Virus record (IMG/VR): IMGVR_UViG_3300004112_000008
Span: 1 to 48,008 of that record
DNA: 48,008 nt
Strand: one strand, 5' to 3'
DNA from: a virus
Taxonomy: Duplodnaviria > Caudoviricetes
Under the pieces are notes generated by a model. The model made no database searches, had not been told where the DNA came from, and worked only from the letters and a program-made list of their open reading frames with translations. Within the stretch, counting starts at the first letter, position 1. Every line of letters begins with the position of its first letter. The position numbers and the translations under genes were made by a program. Below are positions 38,501-47,480 of this stretch, one piece after another.

Positions 38501-39743
38501 ATACGTCATGTCTGAATATAGAGACAGGGCAAGAGTTGACGATTCTTCGTCTAAGCTGAGGACTTTACCGGCCTTCGCAGCGTTCGAGCCGGGTTTCTAC
38601 GATTTTCTAAGTGTCAATGAGATTGACCATATTTCCTACTCGCTGCTGTCCTCCTACTTCGCCAACAAAGAATTCCTGAAGACGAAAGGAAACAACAAGA
38701 AAATATACTCTGTCGGCATACCTCAAAAGATGCTGAGATCACTCAACACTTCTGTGAGAATGGCAAGTGAAACTTCTAAAGGCCTAAAACAAGGAATTGT
38801 GAGAATCAAGTTTTGGAAGCTTGATAAGCTTCATCCCGACGTCGTCTATGAACCGAAATCTTTTCTCTTTGAAGTCAATAGATTTCCCACTAGAGTACTC
38901 AGCAACTGGAATCTAGATACTTTTCTTGATGACACGTCAAACATGTTTGAGATACCAAGCAAAGTTATCTATCCTGATGGAAGAATAAGGGTAGACAGGG
39001 ATTTCGATGATGCTTTCCCAGACTCAGACTATGGAGATTTCTTGGAAGACGAACAGAAAGAAGAGATATACGCCAATCATGCAATGAGCTTTTTACTTGA
39101 GCAATACATTCGATGGTTTACAGACCTTCAGTTTGAAGAGACTAGATTCTTCAATTACGCACCTCTCAGCGAGGACATGAAAACAATAAGTCAGCAGTAC
39201 AACAAGTATGTTTCTACTGCTCCAAAAGACAACACACCGCCACCTTCTCCTGAAAAGCCTACTACGGGCTACAAGACTTCTGACGGTTCACAAAAGACCA
39301 AGATTTCGCTTGGAAAGGCAAAATCAATTGTCGTTGCAAAAAATCTATCAAAGACCTTGAAGCCCGCCCTGTCGAAGAAGGCTGCAACGAAGAAGCCAAA
39401 GACTTCTTTTGTGATACCGATGGATGATACCATTGAGAAATATTTCGAAAATGAAACTTACATGTCTTCTCTCGATGACTTCAAGAGAAGGATACTATAT
39501 CCCAAGAAGTTTGACAGAGTATTCAATGTTGCCATGGACCCCGATGACTTTTACGTGGATCAGACCGTAACAGATCCCGACGTCATGGAAGCTTTAGCGC
39601 GTGCAAATGTTCTGAAAGAAGTACGTGAAGGCAGCGTTGTTCGTTACAAACACAGAGACATGTCACAGAAGGACGTGTCACTTGAAGAGTTCTTCGTTAC
39701 AGTAGAACCCTTTGATTTCTTAGCTGACGACGAAGGAGTGTAA
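35583..39743 (+). CDS. Very large hypothetical protein (~1386 aa) in the structural operon
   Basis: Long ORF with a TGATG overlap; no recognisable catalytic motif. Confidence 0.6.
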   Translation: MASSKSSGSSSSRPNKYLHSIPSSNVKSKAQEKLAEDADSSPVKNSLIASKKVIQSIKTPTIVTENYRHRSSDDGTQELRTSTRSNEKAKIFSLHTGLSSTEPVILISAEFQPIYSGNSLASGKNQLGKMLHLKETAGMINARTSISILSQSEDSKDAVVANKNELTKFINKEDDSIVRLAKEMNNALNVLDVTSFSLSIKDYFSDSVKSLYEILIKGGFPASSIRDYTETKMWMQSLIEIKKTLLTHSPDLVESKFSRQINRQVNSPFDLSDIDDAPAGVKNFWINRNYDKLPTIGEMTNFGTIKANVKLLNDFLSVQYMILPNANSTQKTPKKSNKSAGFSMGTLAIGPSILVPFESSGRDISIICHILFREAMYSRMLLDSQFASKLASKFGYTVDPNGENMKVWDYLIGKFPKSVLDFTASPVGNGNSLLSYSQKSISAGQNDFYNILTFENNFIEGKNITPGTYYYLDSSLNTSDGKNFELNRLNDFIASTSEAFNTTESILKMMGFKPEGDASQGSLKERYDKIQTPEDIDIEEFINRLSVVVKNYSNYLTGNNGKIQDISGGGGLFSGAWGKSGPKGNKDTTAVRLSALLCKAAIQPVDAFKPRSNNLRALLFMWLMNVVLQKAEGIGNTITQNYLKQEIAKILTDTSAGFNKQKITDAANSQRTFPSKIENISGKSSIDFFGTIQDRWEDAGYEILSEVFQTAEDAKNKEVDAERKQAYNAYLASVGNRVFEIDADKGIWPVIVDMLKSIYDSKGIYTTQDVTAYSGINQVAYLYCYFDLILRIIAAQVPENLLGSYTQELVYGVPTTEVTNQAAVDANKANDAIRELGIYSPYVPEKTTYDPADVKVRESGLIIDKPDSETLNEYFDYSKIKSPASKSVKKIKDSLLFFRLEEYLATREVGIVRSYLHTVNKAVTSLRNYMDQNFEKYLADINALFQTDNSLTKTQRNALINLTLSDEQFKLARYVMSEYRDRARVDDSSSKLRTLPAFAAFEPGFYDFLSVNEIDHISYSLLSSYFANKEFLKTKGNNKKIYSVGIPQKMLRSLNTSVRMASETSKGLKQGIVRIKFWKLDKLHPDVVYEPKSFLFEVNRFPTRVLSNWNLDTFLDDTSNMFEIPSKVIYPDGRIRVDRDFDDAFPDSDYGDFLEDEQKEEIYANHAMSFLLEQYIRWFTDLQFEETRFFNYAPLSEDMKTISQQYNKYVSTAPKDNTPPPSPEKPTTGYKTSDGSQKTKISLGKAKSIVVAKNLSKTLKPALSKKAATKKPKTSFVIPMDDTIEKYFENETYMSSLDDFKRRILYPKKFDRVFNVAMDPDDFYVDQTVTDPDVMEALARANVLKEVREGSVVRYKHRDMSQKDVSLEEFFVTVEPFDFLADDEGV

Positions 39744-39748
39744 TTAAA

Positions 39749-41683
39749 ATGTTTACTAGATCATCTGCAAAATCCAGCAGCAATAACTCTAGGACGAATC
39801 CTGAGTCTACCGAAGCACCCGTCAAGGGATCAAAGCAATTCTACGAGTATTCTCGTTCAAGAATGTCTGAACCCTCTGATAACATAGACGAGATTAACAT
39901 ACCGGAGATAACAAACCCCATAGTTGAATTCGTATACAACTACCATGTCAAAGACGAGAGAATAAAGACATTCAGTAACATAAGAAAACTGCCACTTGAG
40001 AAGATACCTCGATACGTGACATTGGGCTGGACGATACCTGTCATTTCTGACTTTGAAATACAGAAAGAAATCGCAGAGAGGGTCAAAAAAAGCACAAAAC
40101 TTTCAATCAAGAAAAATGCTGACAAGGTTGTCTCTGAGGACAATTTCTTCAATACTGGCTACATCAGTCATACATTTTCTAATGTCGAAGGAATCGAGCA
40201 AGGTGCTGCGGACTTAGAGAAATACAGCAGGCTGTCTCAGCACGACGCCGAGAGCATATTCAAGATGGCCAAGTATCAGATTCAAGAGATCTCAGAACAG
40301 AGTGCAAGAGACGACGAAAAATACGATGAAAAGCTAGCTGAGCTCTCCGAGTCTTTTTCTAAACTCGCTGATCTGCCAAAGAGTTCTTTAGGTCTCAGGG
40401 TGTACGACGAAAGGAAGAACCTTAGCGACAAAGACGACCTTCTCAGGTCGATCACCAATTCTCTGACGATGACAGCGAAAATCAACAAGTCGATCATCCC
40501 GGACTTATTTGCAAATTCAAGAGAAAAAACTGTCAAAAGCAACTTGGACGCATTTCGCTCGGTACACACAGAATACATCAAAGACAATCAGAAAAAGAAG
40601 GGTTCTTCCCCTCAAATCGAACCGGTCTACAACAGCTCTAATGAAAAAGCTACTGATTACCTGACGCATCCTGTCACTTTGACAGGCTATATAATCGATC
40701 GTTACATAGCTAATAGCGAAGGTTTCTACAAGGATAGGACCTTCTATCTCGAGGATATACGACAGAATAGATTCGTCGATCCCGATGTGTTGTATGGCGT
40801 CACATACGTCTATTCGATTAGAGTTGTTGCAGATGTTAAGATGTTGACATACACATCTGATAAGAAAAAAGTGAATATTTCGACGATCTATGTGTCTTCA
40901 AGACCAATTTCTGCACCCGTCGAATGTTACGAATACACACCGCCCCCAGAGCCCAATGACATCAAATTCTACTTCGACTACGTCAAGAGAAATCTAAAGA
41001 TCATCTGGGACATGCCCGTAAATCCCCAGAGAGACGTGAAGCAATTTCAGGTCCTCAGAAGGAAAAGTATCAAGGAGCCGTTTGAACTGATTGCACAGTA
41101 TTGTTTCGATGACTCAGAACCGGGTCCTGGTGAAACTGGGCGATACAAAACGGGTGAAAGAGTAGATGGAAATAATTACCAAGACATGCTTGATGAAGAC
41201 AAGTATCTTGTCAAATTCACAGAAGCTCCGAACTTCCTGCACATAGATGAAGACTTTACAGTTGACGCTGAACTCTACATATCGTCCGAATACATCTACA
41301 CAGTCTGTAGCGTAGATGCCCATGGGATCATATCCAATTATTCTTCACAGCATCATGTGACCTTTGATCCCTATAAGAATAGACTTGTTACTAAAATAGT
41401 GTGTGATGCTGGTTCACCGAGACCGTACCCGAATCTTACACTCAGGCAAGATGCCTTTAAGGATGTCATAAGCGTAGAAGGACCTGCATCAAGGAAATTG
41501 TCTGTACATTTCACACCAGAGTATCTGACAGTTAGAGACGAAAGAAACGCAAAATTTAGAATTATTGAAGGACAAACAACTAACAATAACTCTTACTACT
41601 TGATGCAGCTCATAAATCTCGACAATCAAAAAATGCAACTCTTGAGAATCAACGTGAAAGATCCTCAAAATTTAACAACTTGA
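39749..41683 (+). CDS. Putative structural protein with FN3-like domains
   Basis: FVDPDVLYGVTYVYSIRVV, PPPEPNDI...LKIIWDMP and YIYTVCSVDAHG..SNYS. Confidence 0.65.
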   Translation: MFTRSSAKSSSNNSRTNPESTEAPVKGSKQFYEYSRSRMSEPSDNIDEINIPEITNPIVEFVYNYHVKDERIKTFSNIRKLPLEKIPRYVTLGWTIPVISDFEIQKEIAERVKKSTKLSIKKNADKVVSEDNFFNTGYISHTFSNVEGIEQGAADLEKYSRLSQHDAESIFKMAKYQIQEISEQSARDDEKYDEKLAELSESFSKLADLPKSSLGLRVYDERKNLSDKDDLLRSITNSLTMTAKINKSIIPDLFANSREKTVKSNLDAFRSVHTEYIKDNQKKKGSSPQIEPVYNSSNEKATDYLTHPVTLTGYIIDRYIANSEGFYKDRTFYLEDIRQNRFVDPDVLYGVTYVYSIRVVADVKMLTYTSDKKKVNISTIYVSSRPISAPVECYEYTPPPEPNDIKFYFDYVKRNLKIIWDMPVNPQRDVKQFQVLRRKSIKEPFELIAQYCFDDSEPGPGETGRYKTGERVDGNNYQDMLDEDKYLVKFTEAPNFLHIDEDFTVDAELYISSEYIYTVCSVDAHGIISNYSSQHHVTFDPYKNRLVTKIVCDAGSPRPYPNLTLRQDAFKDVISVEGPASRKLSVHFTPEYLTVRDERNAKFRIIEGQTTNNNSYYLMQLINLDNQKMQLLRINVKDPQNLTT

Positions 41684-41772
41684 CGTCCTTCGTTACCATT
41701 GACTAGCACGAGCTGAGTCAAAAAAATGTTCGCTGTGATATTTGTATTCGAAAGAGAAAGGCTGATTTGCTC

Positions 41773-42522
41773 ATGGGATGGCTTGACCATAGTACTAACA
41801 ACATTATTCTAGATGCAGTACTGACAGACTACGGACGTCAGAGACTTGCTACAGCAAACAGTGCATTCAACATCTCGAGTTACTCTCTCGGTGACGATGA
41901 AATAGACTATCGTCTCGTCAAGAAGTACGGACGAACCGTCGGGAAAGAAAAGATTGAGAAGAATACTCCTGTGTTCGAAGCACTCACAAATCCCAACATA
42001 GCGCTAAAATACAAGCTGATAGGAAGAGAGCAAGACGGTACTTCGATATCGACTGTGTATCTACCCGTATTGAAAACAACGTCTACACCGAATCTAGAGA
42101 AGACTCAGAATTCAACGGTCTCTGTCAAGGTAGACTTGTACTATAACAACGTTACTGGTCCGGGTGTGCCGGCCGAACTGATACAAACGGTCTATCAGAT
42201 CAAGGTATCGGATCGTTTCTTCACAATAGATTCTCCCGTGGGAGGGTCTCTAACATCCCCAGACATAGCTAGAAATCTTTCCAATGCAGGAGATCCTAAC
42301 AGGACTGCTACCTACACTTTCACTACTGAGAATGCCACGCAGACATCCATTCAGTTCAACGTGAGATCAAGAAACATAGACAATACGACACTCTCAGTGT
42401 ATGGTAAGAGGATAGATTCGACTTCGTCTGTTAGACAAATAAACAGTTACATCACTGTGATCGGCGAGCGTCATGGCTGTACGATCGAGATTCCGGTGAG
42501 TTATAAGGCATCACTCACTTGA
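41773..42522 (+). CDS. Virion structural protein (baseplate/tail-fibre attachment-like N-terminus)
   Basis: MGWLDHSTNNIILDAVLTDYGRQRLA...SLGDDEIDY...TPVFEA. Confidence 0.65.
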   Translation: MGWLDHSTNNIILDAVLTDYGRQRLATANSAFNISSYSLGDDEIDYRLVKKYGRTVGKEKIEKNTPVFEALTNPNIALKYKLIGREQDGTSISTVYLPVLKTTSTPNLEKTQNSTVSVKVDLYYNNVTGPGVPAELIQTVYQIKVSDRFFTIDSPVGGSLTSPDIARNLSNAGDPNRTATYTFTTENATQTSIQFNVRSRNIDNTTLSVYGKRIDSTSSVRQINSYITVIGERHGCTIEIPVSYKASLT

Positions 42523-42546
42523 TAGACGGGAAGCAGGTTCAATAAG

Positions 42547-43842
42547 ATGGCAATTAAGAAAGATATTCTAGCATCGGACAAAAAGACGACTAGATCGTTT
42601 CTGAATCAGCTGATAGACGTTCTGCAGGAAGACATCAGCTCCTCTGTTTCTCGACGCAAATATCAAGTTTTCGTGACTGGTGGCGTCGGTCCTGGAGTTA
42701 CGTCTTCTCTATTTCAGACGGTTTACGATCAAGATTTTACTCTGCAGACCGCAAACCCTATCTTTGACATTACTGTAGGTCTAGCTCCCCCGGATTCCCT
42801 AAGGAGTTCTAATACAACTAACTCTGATGGAATTGCAGGAACAGCCTCGACAGGCCAAGACATCACGGGAAAGTATCTCTATCCTAGCAGTTCTCTCATG
42901 ATGAGAGAGAAGACGGACATCTATGGGCAGTTTGCTCAAACGCTTCTGGGCAACAGAAAGTCGATGTTTAAGGTACCAGTTGACGCCACTTTGTCGTCTA
43001 CACAGACTACGACTGACATCGATGCAGCATTGTTCATTGCTTTTAAACGTCTCTTTGCTAGAGATCAAATCAAGAGAGAGACCTTCGCGATGAGGTTCTA
43101 TAAGTCAGCTTCTTACACTGACGCAGACACTGAGACTCCCGACTCTCCCGTTGATCCCACTGACGGCGTGATGAACCTTTATGTCTCTTCGACGTCTGGT
43201 TCTTCAATCTTTACAGACATCGGATCTTCTGACTCGAGGTTCTTTGATACTGGAGGTCAATACGGGTATCTTGTTGATGCAGCGTCTACGACCAATGCGG
43301 TGGGTGTCATCTACTACGACAGCGGCATCGTGGTTCTCGACATCGAGAAGGTGACATCGGGATCACAGCTAATGTCCGGTGTAATTTCTGCAATGGCGCC
43401 GCTAGGCACAACCGTCCTCGCTGGCGCCAATACAGAAACGGAGGAAAGAGCAACTCTCGTTCCAGATCTCCTCGTCTCTGCCAGCATGGACGACATAATA
43501 GATCACTTCTGCTATTCACGTTTTCAGTCAGGGTCCCTCACCGCCATGACATTCCAGAACGTGACCAACATCAACTCATCACTCATATTCTGTAGAGCCC
43601 TTCCAGACGACTTCAACTATTCGTCCAACCCTACCTACATTGAGTCCGAGGGAGACTTTCAGGGAAGACTTACCATTTACGACCCTTCCCTGCCCGAAGA
43701 CACGCAAGAGCCTTTCACATACGTCACGACAATAGGTCTTTACGACAATGCAGGCGGTCTTCTTGCAGTTGCCAAGCTGAGTCGCCCAGTCGAGAAAAAC
43801 CCAGGTAGAGATTTGACTTTCCGAGTCAGGTTAGATTTCTAA
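42547..43842 (+). CDS. Virion structural protein (baseplate wedge-like C-terminus)
   Basis: FNYSSNPTY...YVTTIGLYDNAGGLLAVAKLSRPVEK...RVRLDF. Confidence 0.7.
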   Translation: MAIKKDILASDKKTTRSFLNQLIDVLQEDISSSVSRRKYQVFVTGGVGPGVTSSLFQTVYDQDFTLQTANPIFDITVGLAPPDSLRSSNTTNSDGIAGTASTGQDITGKYLYPSSSLMMREKTDIYGQFAQTLLGNRKSMFKVPVDATLSSTQTTTDIDAALFIAFKRLFARDQIKRETFAMRFYKSASYTDADTETPDSPVDPTDGVMNLYVSSTSGSSIFTDIGSSDSRFFDTGGQYGYLVDAASTTNAVGVIYYDSGIVVLDIEKVTSGSQLMSGVISAMAPLGTTVLAGANTETEERATLVPDLLVSASMDDIIDHFCYSRFQSGSLTAMTFQNVTNINSSLIFCRALPDDFNYSSNPTYIESEGDFQGRLTIYDPSLPEDTQEPFTYVTTIGLYDNAGGLLAVAKLSRPVEKNPGRDLTFRVRLDF

Positions 43843-43890
43843 TCCACATAGAAAGGCCTGTGATGCCACACGCTGTATAGTTACGTTGGC

Positions 43891-46401
43891 ATGTCAGTCA
43901 TTAAGGTCACAAATAGCGACGTAGAGACCTTCACGTTGGTCACGACACCCAGCAGATTCTATTCGTCAGGATCAGCTGGCATAACGGGATCGGTGAAGGT
44001 CTTTCCTCGTCAGTCGAGTCTTGAGAGAGACAAAGAAGAGACTTTTTACTTCAAAGACAACAAGAACAGTGCGGTTGTAGATACGAATTTCGATGAGTCT
44101 GCAAAGAGAGTCATAAACGTTGCACGCACACGTAGAGTATCAAAGAAGTCGATAGAGACTCAAGCTGATCAGTACTTGAATTTAGTTTCTCGTACTCCCA
44201 CAAAGAAGACAGATGTCCTTGATGTACAGCGTTTCACACCGACGACAAGGCTCACCAAATACACGATTCGAAAGAACAACATCAAAGACATGTTGATGCC
44301 CAGTTATCGTGTGGAATACCCGCACGCTCATTGGGCGTATACGAATTATCACACACTGAATTTCTTTACAGCAGGTGACGGTTCGACGTCTTATCTGCCT
44401 ACAGCTTCGGTTCTTCTCTATCCCAATTACACTGACGCAGATGTTCCGGTCCACGACGGATATGTCTCGGGCGCCTATTGCTTATCAGGCGCGTTTAGTT
44501 TCGATTTTTACATCAATCCGAGATACAAAGAAGACGGTTTTGATGCAGGAAACTTTAGAGCCGGAACTATCTTTCACTTGTCTTCAAGCTACGCATTGTC
44601 TCTTGTTACGGGGTCTCTGAAGGACGAGAACGGTTATCCCGAAGGCTTTAGAGTGCAGCTGCAGCTGAGTCACAGCGCTGATTATGCACCGTCGCAGGCG
44701 TTGCCCGGAGCTTATCCGAAAGACCTAGTCTTTCTTTCTGAAGACAATTCTTTGAGACGCAACAGGTGGCATCACGTCGTAGTAAGATGGGGCACTAAAG
44801 ACATTAACAACGGCACGGGATCTTTCTGGGTAGACGGCACGACTAAAGGCACGTTCGTTGTTCCTTCGGGTACCATATCACCTCGACCATTTGCTAACTC
44901 TCTGAATCCGGATGTTCTTTGCATAGGCAACTTCTATGAAGGCACAAATAACGGAGTCGATGCACAGTCGTATTTCTTCGCTGCGAGACCCGCCCGCCGC
45001 GAAGGCCTAGATCAGCTCAATACTGATACCGTTCAGGACGAACCAGTCGGATATTCTTTCAGACATCCGCTAAAGGCAGAAGTCCACGATCTCACAATTA
45101 GAAGGCACTTTCTTTCTGATTCAGAAGCACTTTTCACAGGTTCTAGAGGTATAGGCAAGGCAGCTCTCAATAAGACTGACATAGCCTTTCACCTGCCTCC
45201 TTTCTTCGTAGAAGCTTCAACAGTTAGAAGATTTGTAGGAGACTTTGGAGGAATTCTGCAGACACCATTTTTCGAGATAGACGGCACCACAGATGATCCT
45301 TTCAATGTGGCGATGGCCTTCGGCGTGAATGGCCACTACATCAATCTAGAAAACTTTGTCAAGGATTTCACCGCTGACAAATTCCCCAGATTGCTCTTCC
45401 TTTCGGGTGCAGCACTCGACTACACCACACAGGCATTGGAAGCCAACGAGTTTTTGTATTCGGATCCACGAGTCGCAAAGCGGAACCTTACGATACTTCC
45501 GTGTGATGACGGAAACTTCGATCCAAACTACGAACTACTCACCGAAGAAGCTCTGACCAATAAGTTCACCGATCCCTTTGGTGTAATAGACTACAGCTAC
45601 ATCAATCTCGACAACCTCATTACGACCGAGTCTCTGGGACGAGGAGGAGCCCCACCCGACGTACCCGACGACTACATCACACAACTATACGGAGCAAGTC
45701 CAGAGACACCAGGTCTAGAGCCAGGTACTGCTTACAAGTCGTACATTTCCGCCGTGACAGCTTCACTGTCTACAGTAGCTGAGGACTATCAGTTTGACCG
45801 AGGAATACAGAAAGGCGCACCCCTCACGATATACCAACGAACTCTGGATCCTTCGTCCAACCAGGTGACGATCTTCAACATTAGCAACTTGTATTACGGC
45901 AGGAGGATTCAGCCGGGAACTTTTCAGGTCAGAGACGAAGGAATCTCTGGGTCGTATGGAGCAGTCAGGATCACTCTCAAAGACGACGCTCTAGGTAATC
46001 TCTATCGTGCCGACTCGCTCACTCCACATCACACTCAGAACTCTGTCGGCAACATCTTCTATGACGAGGGGGTCGTTCTCATCAAGAGTCCTCACCTCTA
46101 TTTCTTCGGCAAGAATCAGTACGAGATAAGCTTCAAAGGCGTCCAACACATCTACTCGACAAAGTACGAGATACTAGCGTCCAACGGTCTACTCAATTCT
46201 TCCTCGAACTCTTCTTACATCGAGAACTTCGACAAGATCAAGCCCAGTGGAGTTCCCATCGACAACGAGACGTTCGTGTACATCAGCGGACTCAATCTAC
46301 ACGACGAGAACATGAACGTGGTGGCCAAGGCGAGACTCGCACAGCCCATCATAAAACGTGAAGGAGATCGGGTGCTTTTCAAGGTCGCTTTTGATTTCTA
46401 A
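43891..46401 (+). CDS. Virion structural protein with LamG domain and paralogous C-terminus
   Basis: FSFDFYINP, WHHVVVRW and FWVDG (LamG); VGNIFYDEGVV; C-terminus YISGLNLHDENMNVVAKARLAQPIIK...VAFDF. Confidence 0.7.
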   Translation: MSVIKVTNSDVETFTLVTTPSRFYSSGSAGITGSVKVFPRQSSLERDKEETFYFKDNKNSAVVDTNFDESAKRVINVARTRRVSKKSIETQADQYLNLVSRTPTKKTDVLDVQRFTPTTRLTKYTIRKNNIKDMLMPSYRVEYPHAHWAYTNYHTLNFFTAGDGSTSYLPTASVLLYPNYTDADVPVHDGYVSGAYCLSGAFSFDFYINPRYKEDGFDAGNFRAGTIFHLSSSYALSLVTGSLKDENGYPEGFRVQLQLSHSADYAPSQALPGAYPKDLVFLSEDNSLRRNRWHHVVVRWGTKDINNGTGSFWVDGTTKGTFVVPSGTISPRPFANSLNPDVLCIGNFYEGTNNGVDAQSYFFAARPARREGLDQLNTDTVQDEPVGYSFRHPLKAEVHDLTIRRHFLSDSEALFTGSRGIGKAALNKTDIAFHLPPFFVEASTVRRFVGDFGGILQTPFFEIDGTTDDPFNVAMAFGVNGHYINLENFVKDFTADKFPRLLFLSGAALDYTTQALEANEFLYSDPRVAKRNLTILPCDDGNFDPNYELLTEEALTNKFTDPFGVIDYSYINLDNLITTESLGRGGAPPDVPDDYITQLYGASPETPGLEPGTAYKSYISAVTASLSTVAEDYQFDRGIQKGAPLTIYQRTLDPSSNQVTIFNISNLYYGRRIQPGTFQVRDEGISGSYGAVRITLKDDALGNLYRADSLTPHHTQNSVGNIFYDEGVVLIKSPHLYFFGKNQYEISFKGVQHIYSTKYEILASNGLLNSSSNSSYIENFDKIKPSGVPIDNETFVYISGLNLHDENMNVVAKARLAQPIIKREGDRVLFKVAFDF

Positions 46402-46430
46402 AAAGTCAATCATATCAAAAGCTTACATGC

Positions 46431-46832
46431 ATGTCTAAACCTCGCAAGAAAAAGAAACGTAAAGGCCACTATCAGCGAGGCGAGTACACCTCGTCTAAGA
46501 CTGGGCAGGTCTGTAAATTTCGAAGCGGCTGGGAAGAGAAGATGATGTACCACCTCGACTCCGACCCCAACGTAAAGACTTGGACATATGAGCAGACCGT
46601 CATAGAATACGTCTCGAATATTCGGACCAAAAAGATCCGCCGTTACTATCCTGACTTTTTGGTGGAATATGTGGACGGTCACTCCGAGGTCGTCGAGGTC
46701 AAGCCCAAGAGGAAGCTGGACCAGGCGACAATCAAGAAGAAGACTGCGGCAGCAGTTTCTTGGTGCGAATCACGTGGAATGAATTTCAGGATAATCACAG
46801 AAGACGACCTGAAGGAGATGGGCCTCCTCTGA
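46431..46832 (+). CDS. Head-completion nuclease (T4 gp4 / TnsA-N-like PD-(D/E)XK)
   Basis: FRSGWE...LD....W.YE...I.Y, RRYYPDFLV, EVKP, K..AA..WC and F.IITE. Confidence 0.85.
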   Translation: MSKPRKKKKRKGHYQRGEYTSSKTGQVCKFRSGWEEKMMYHLDSDPNVKTWTYEQTVIEYVSNIRTKKIRRYYPDFLVEYVDGHSEVVEVKPKRKLDQATIKKKTAAAVSWCESRGMNFRIITEDDLKEMGLL

Positions 46833-46877
46833 CCATTTGACCTTTTACTTCTGCGTCAGACAGCCAATGATTGGCAC

Positions 46878-47480
46878 ATGGCGTATCACGGCTACATCCC
46901 TCTCGTCAAGAGCTACCTCGACCAATTTGAGACACCAACTGTGCTAGAAGTGGGCCTCGACCGTGGCATCACGTCCATTCCAGTCGTAACTCATCTTACA
47001 CGAAAACACGAGACGTTCCTCTTCTTCGGCGTCGATGTATTGATCCAAGAATCTCTCAAAATTACGCTCAACTATATCGATTACTCGGAGAAACAGAACG
47101 TCAGACTTTGCCAAGGAAATAGCCTCGAAGTCCTGCCGAAGCTGGTTGCGCAGAAGGCAAAGTTCGACGTCATTCTACTCGATGGGGACCACAACTATTA
47201 TACAGTTGCGAAGGAGCTGGAACATCTCGACGACCTCACGCATGAGAGAAGCCTAGTCATCATAGACGACTATCACGGTCGTTGGGGCGACAAGGACCTA
47301 TGGTATTCAGAGCGCAAGGAATACGAGAATGTAAAAGAAGCTACGAAGCCTCAAGAAACGCAACAACAAGGCGTGAGACCTGCCGTCGATGAGTTTGTTG
47401 AGAAGAGTGGAAAGTGGAAGCTTGAGACGCCTATCAGGGGAAGAGAACCTGTTGTCCTGACGAGGATCAGAGGTGCCTAA
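46878..47480 (+). CDS. SAM-dependent methyltransferase (Methyltransf_24-like)
   Basis: VLEVGLDRG, GVD, GNS, FDVILLDGDHNY and IIDDY. Confidence 0.85.
   Translation: MAYHGYIPLVKSYLDQFETPTVLEVGLDRGITSIPVVTHLTRKHETFLFFGVDVLIQESLKITLNYIDYSEKQNVRLCQGNSLEVLPKLVAQKAKFDVILLDGDHNYYTVAKELEHLDDLTHERSLVIIDDYHGRWGDKDLWYSERKEYENVKEATKPQETQQQGVRPAVDEFVEKSGKWKLETPIRGREPVVLTRIRGA

Noticed and set aside
41699-41726. Intrinsic terminator hairpin TTGACT-AGC-acga-GCT-g-AGTCAA
   Set aside because: It is followed by an A-run on the plus strand, and the T-run precedes it on the minus strand, so no U-tract follows the stem. It may still be an operator or RNA stability hairpin.
46431-46832. Tn7-like transposon (TnsA)
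   Set aside because: No TnsB/TnsC or terminal repeats; size and context fit a gp4-type head-completion nuclease.
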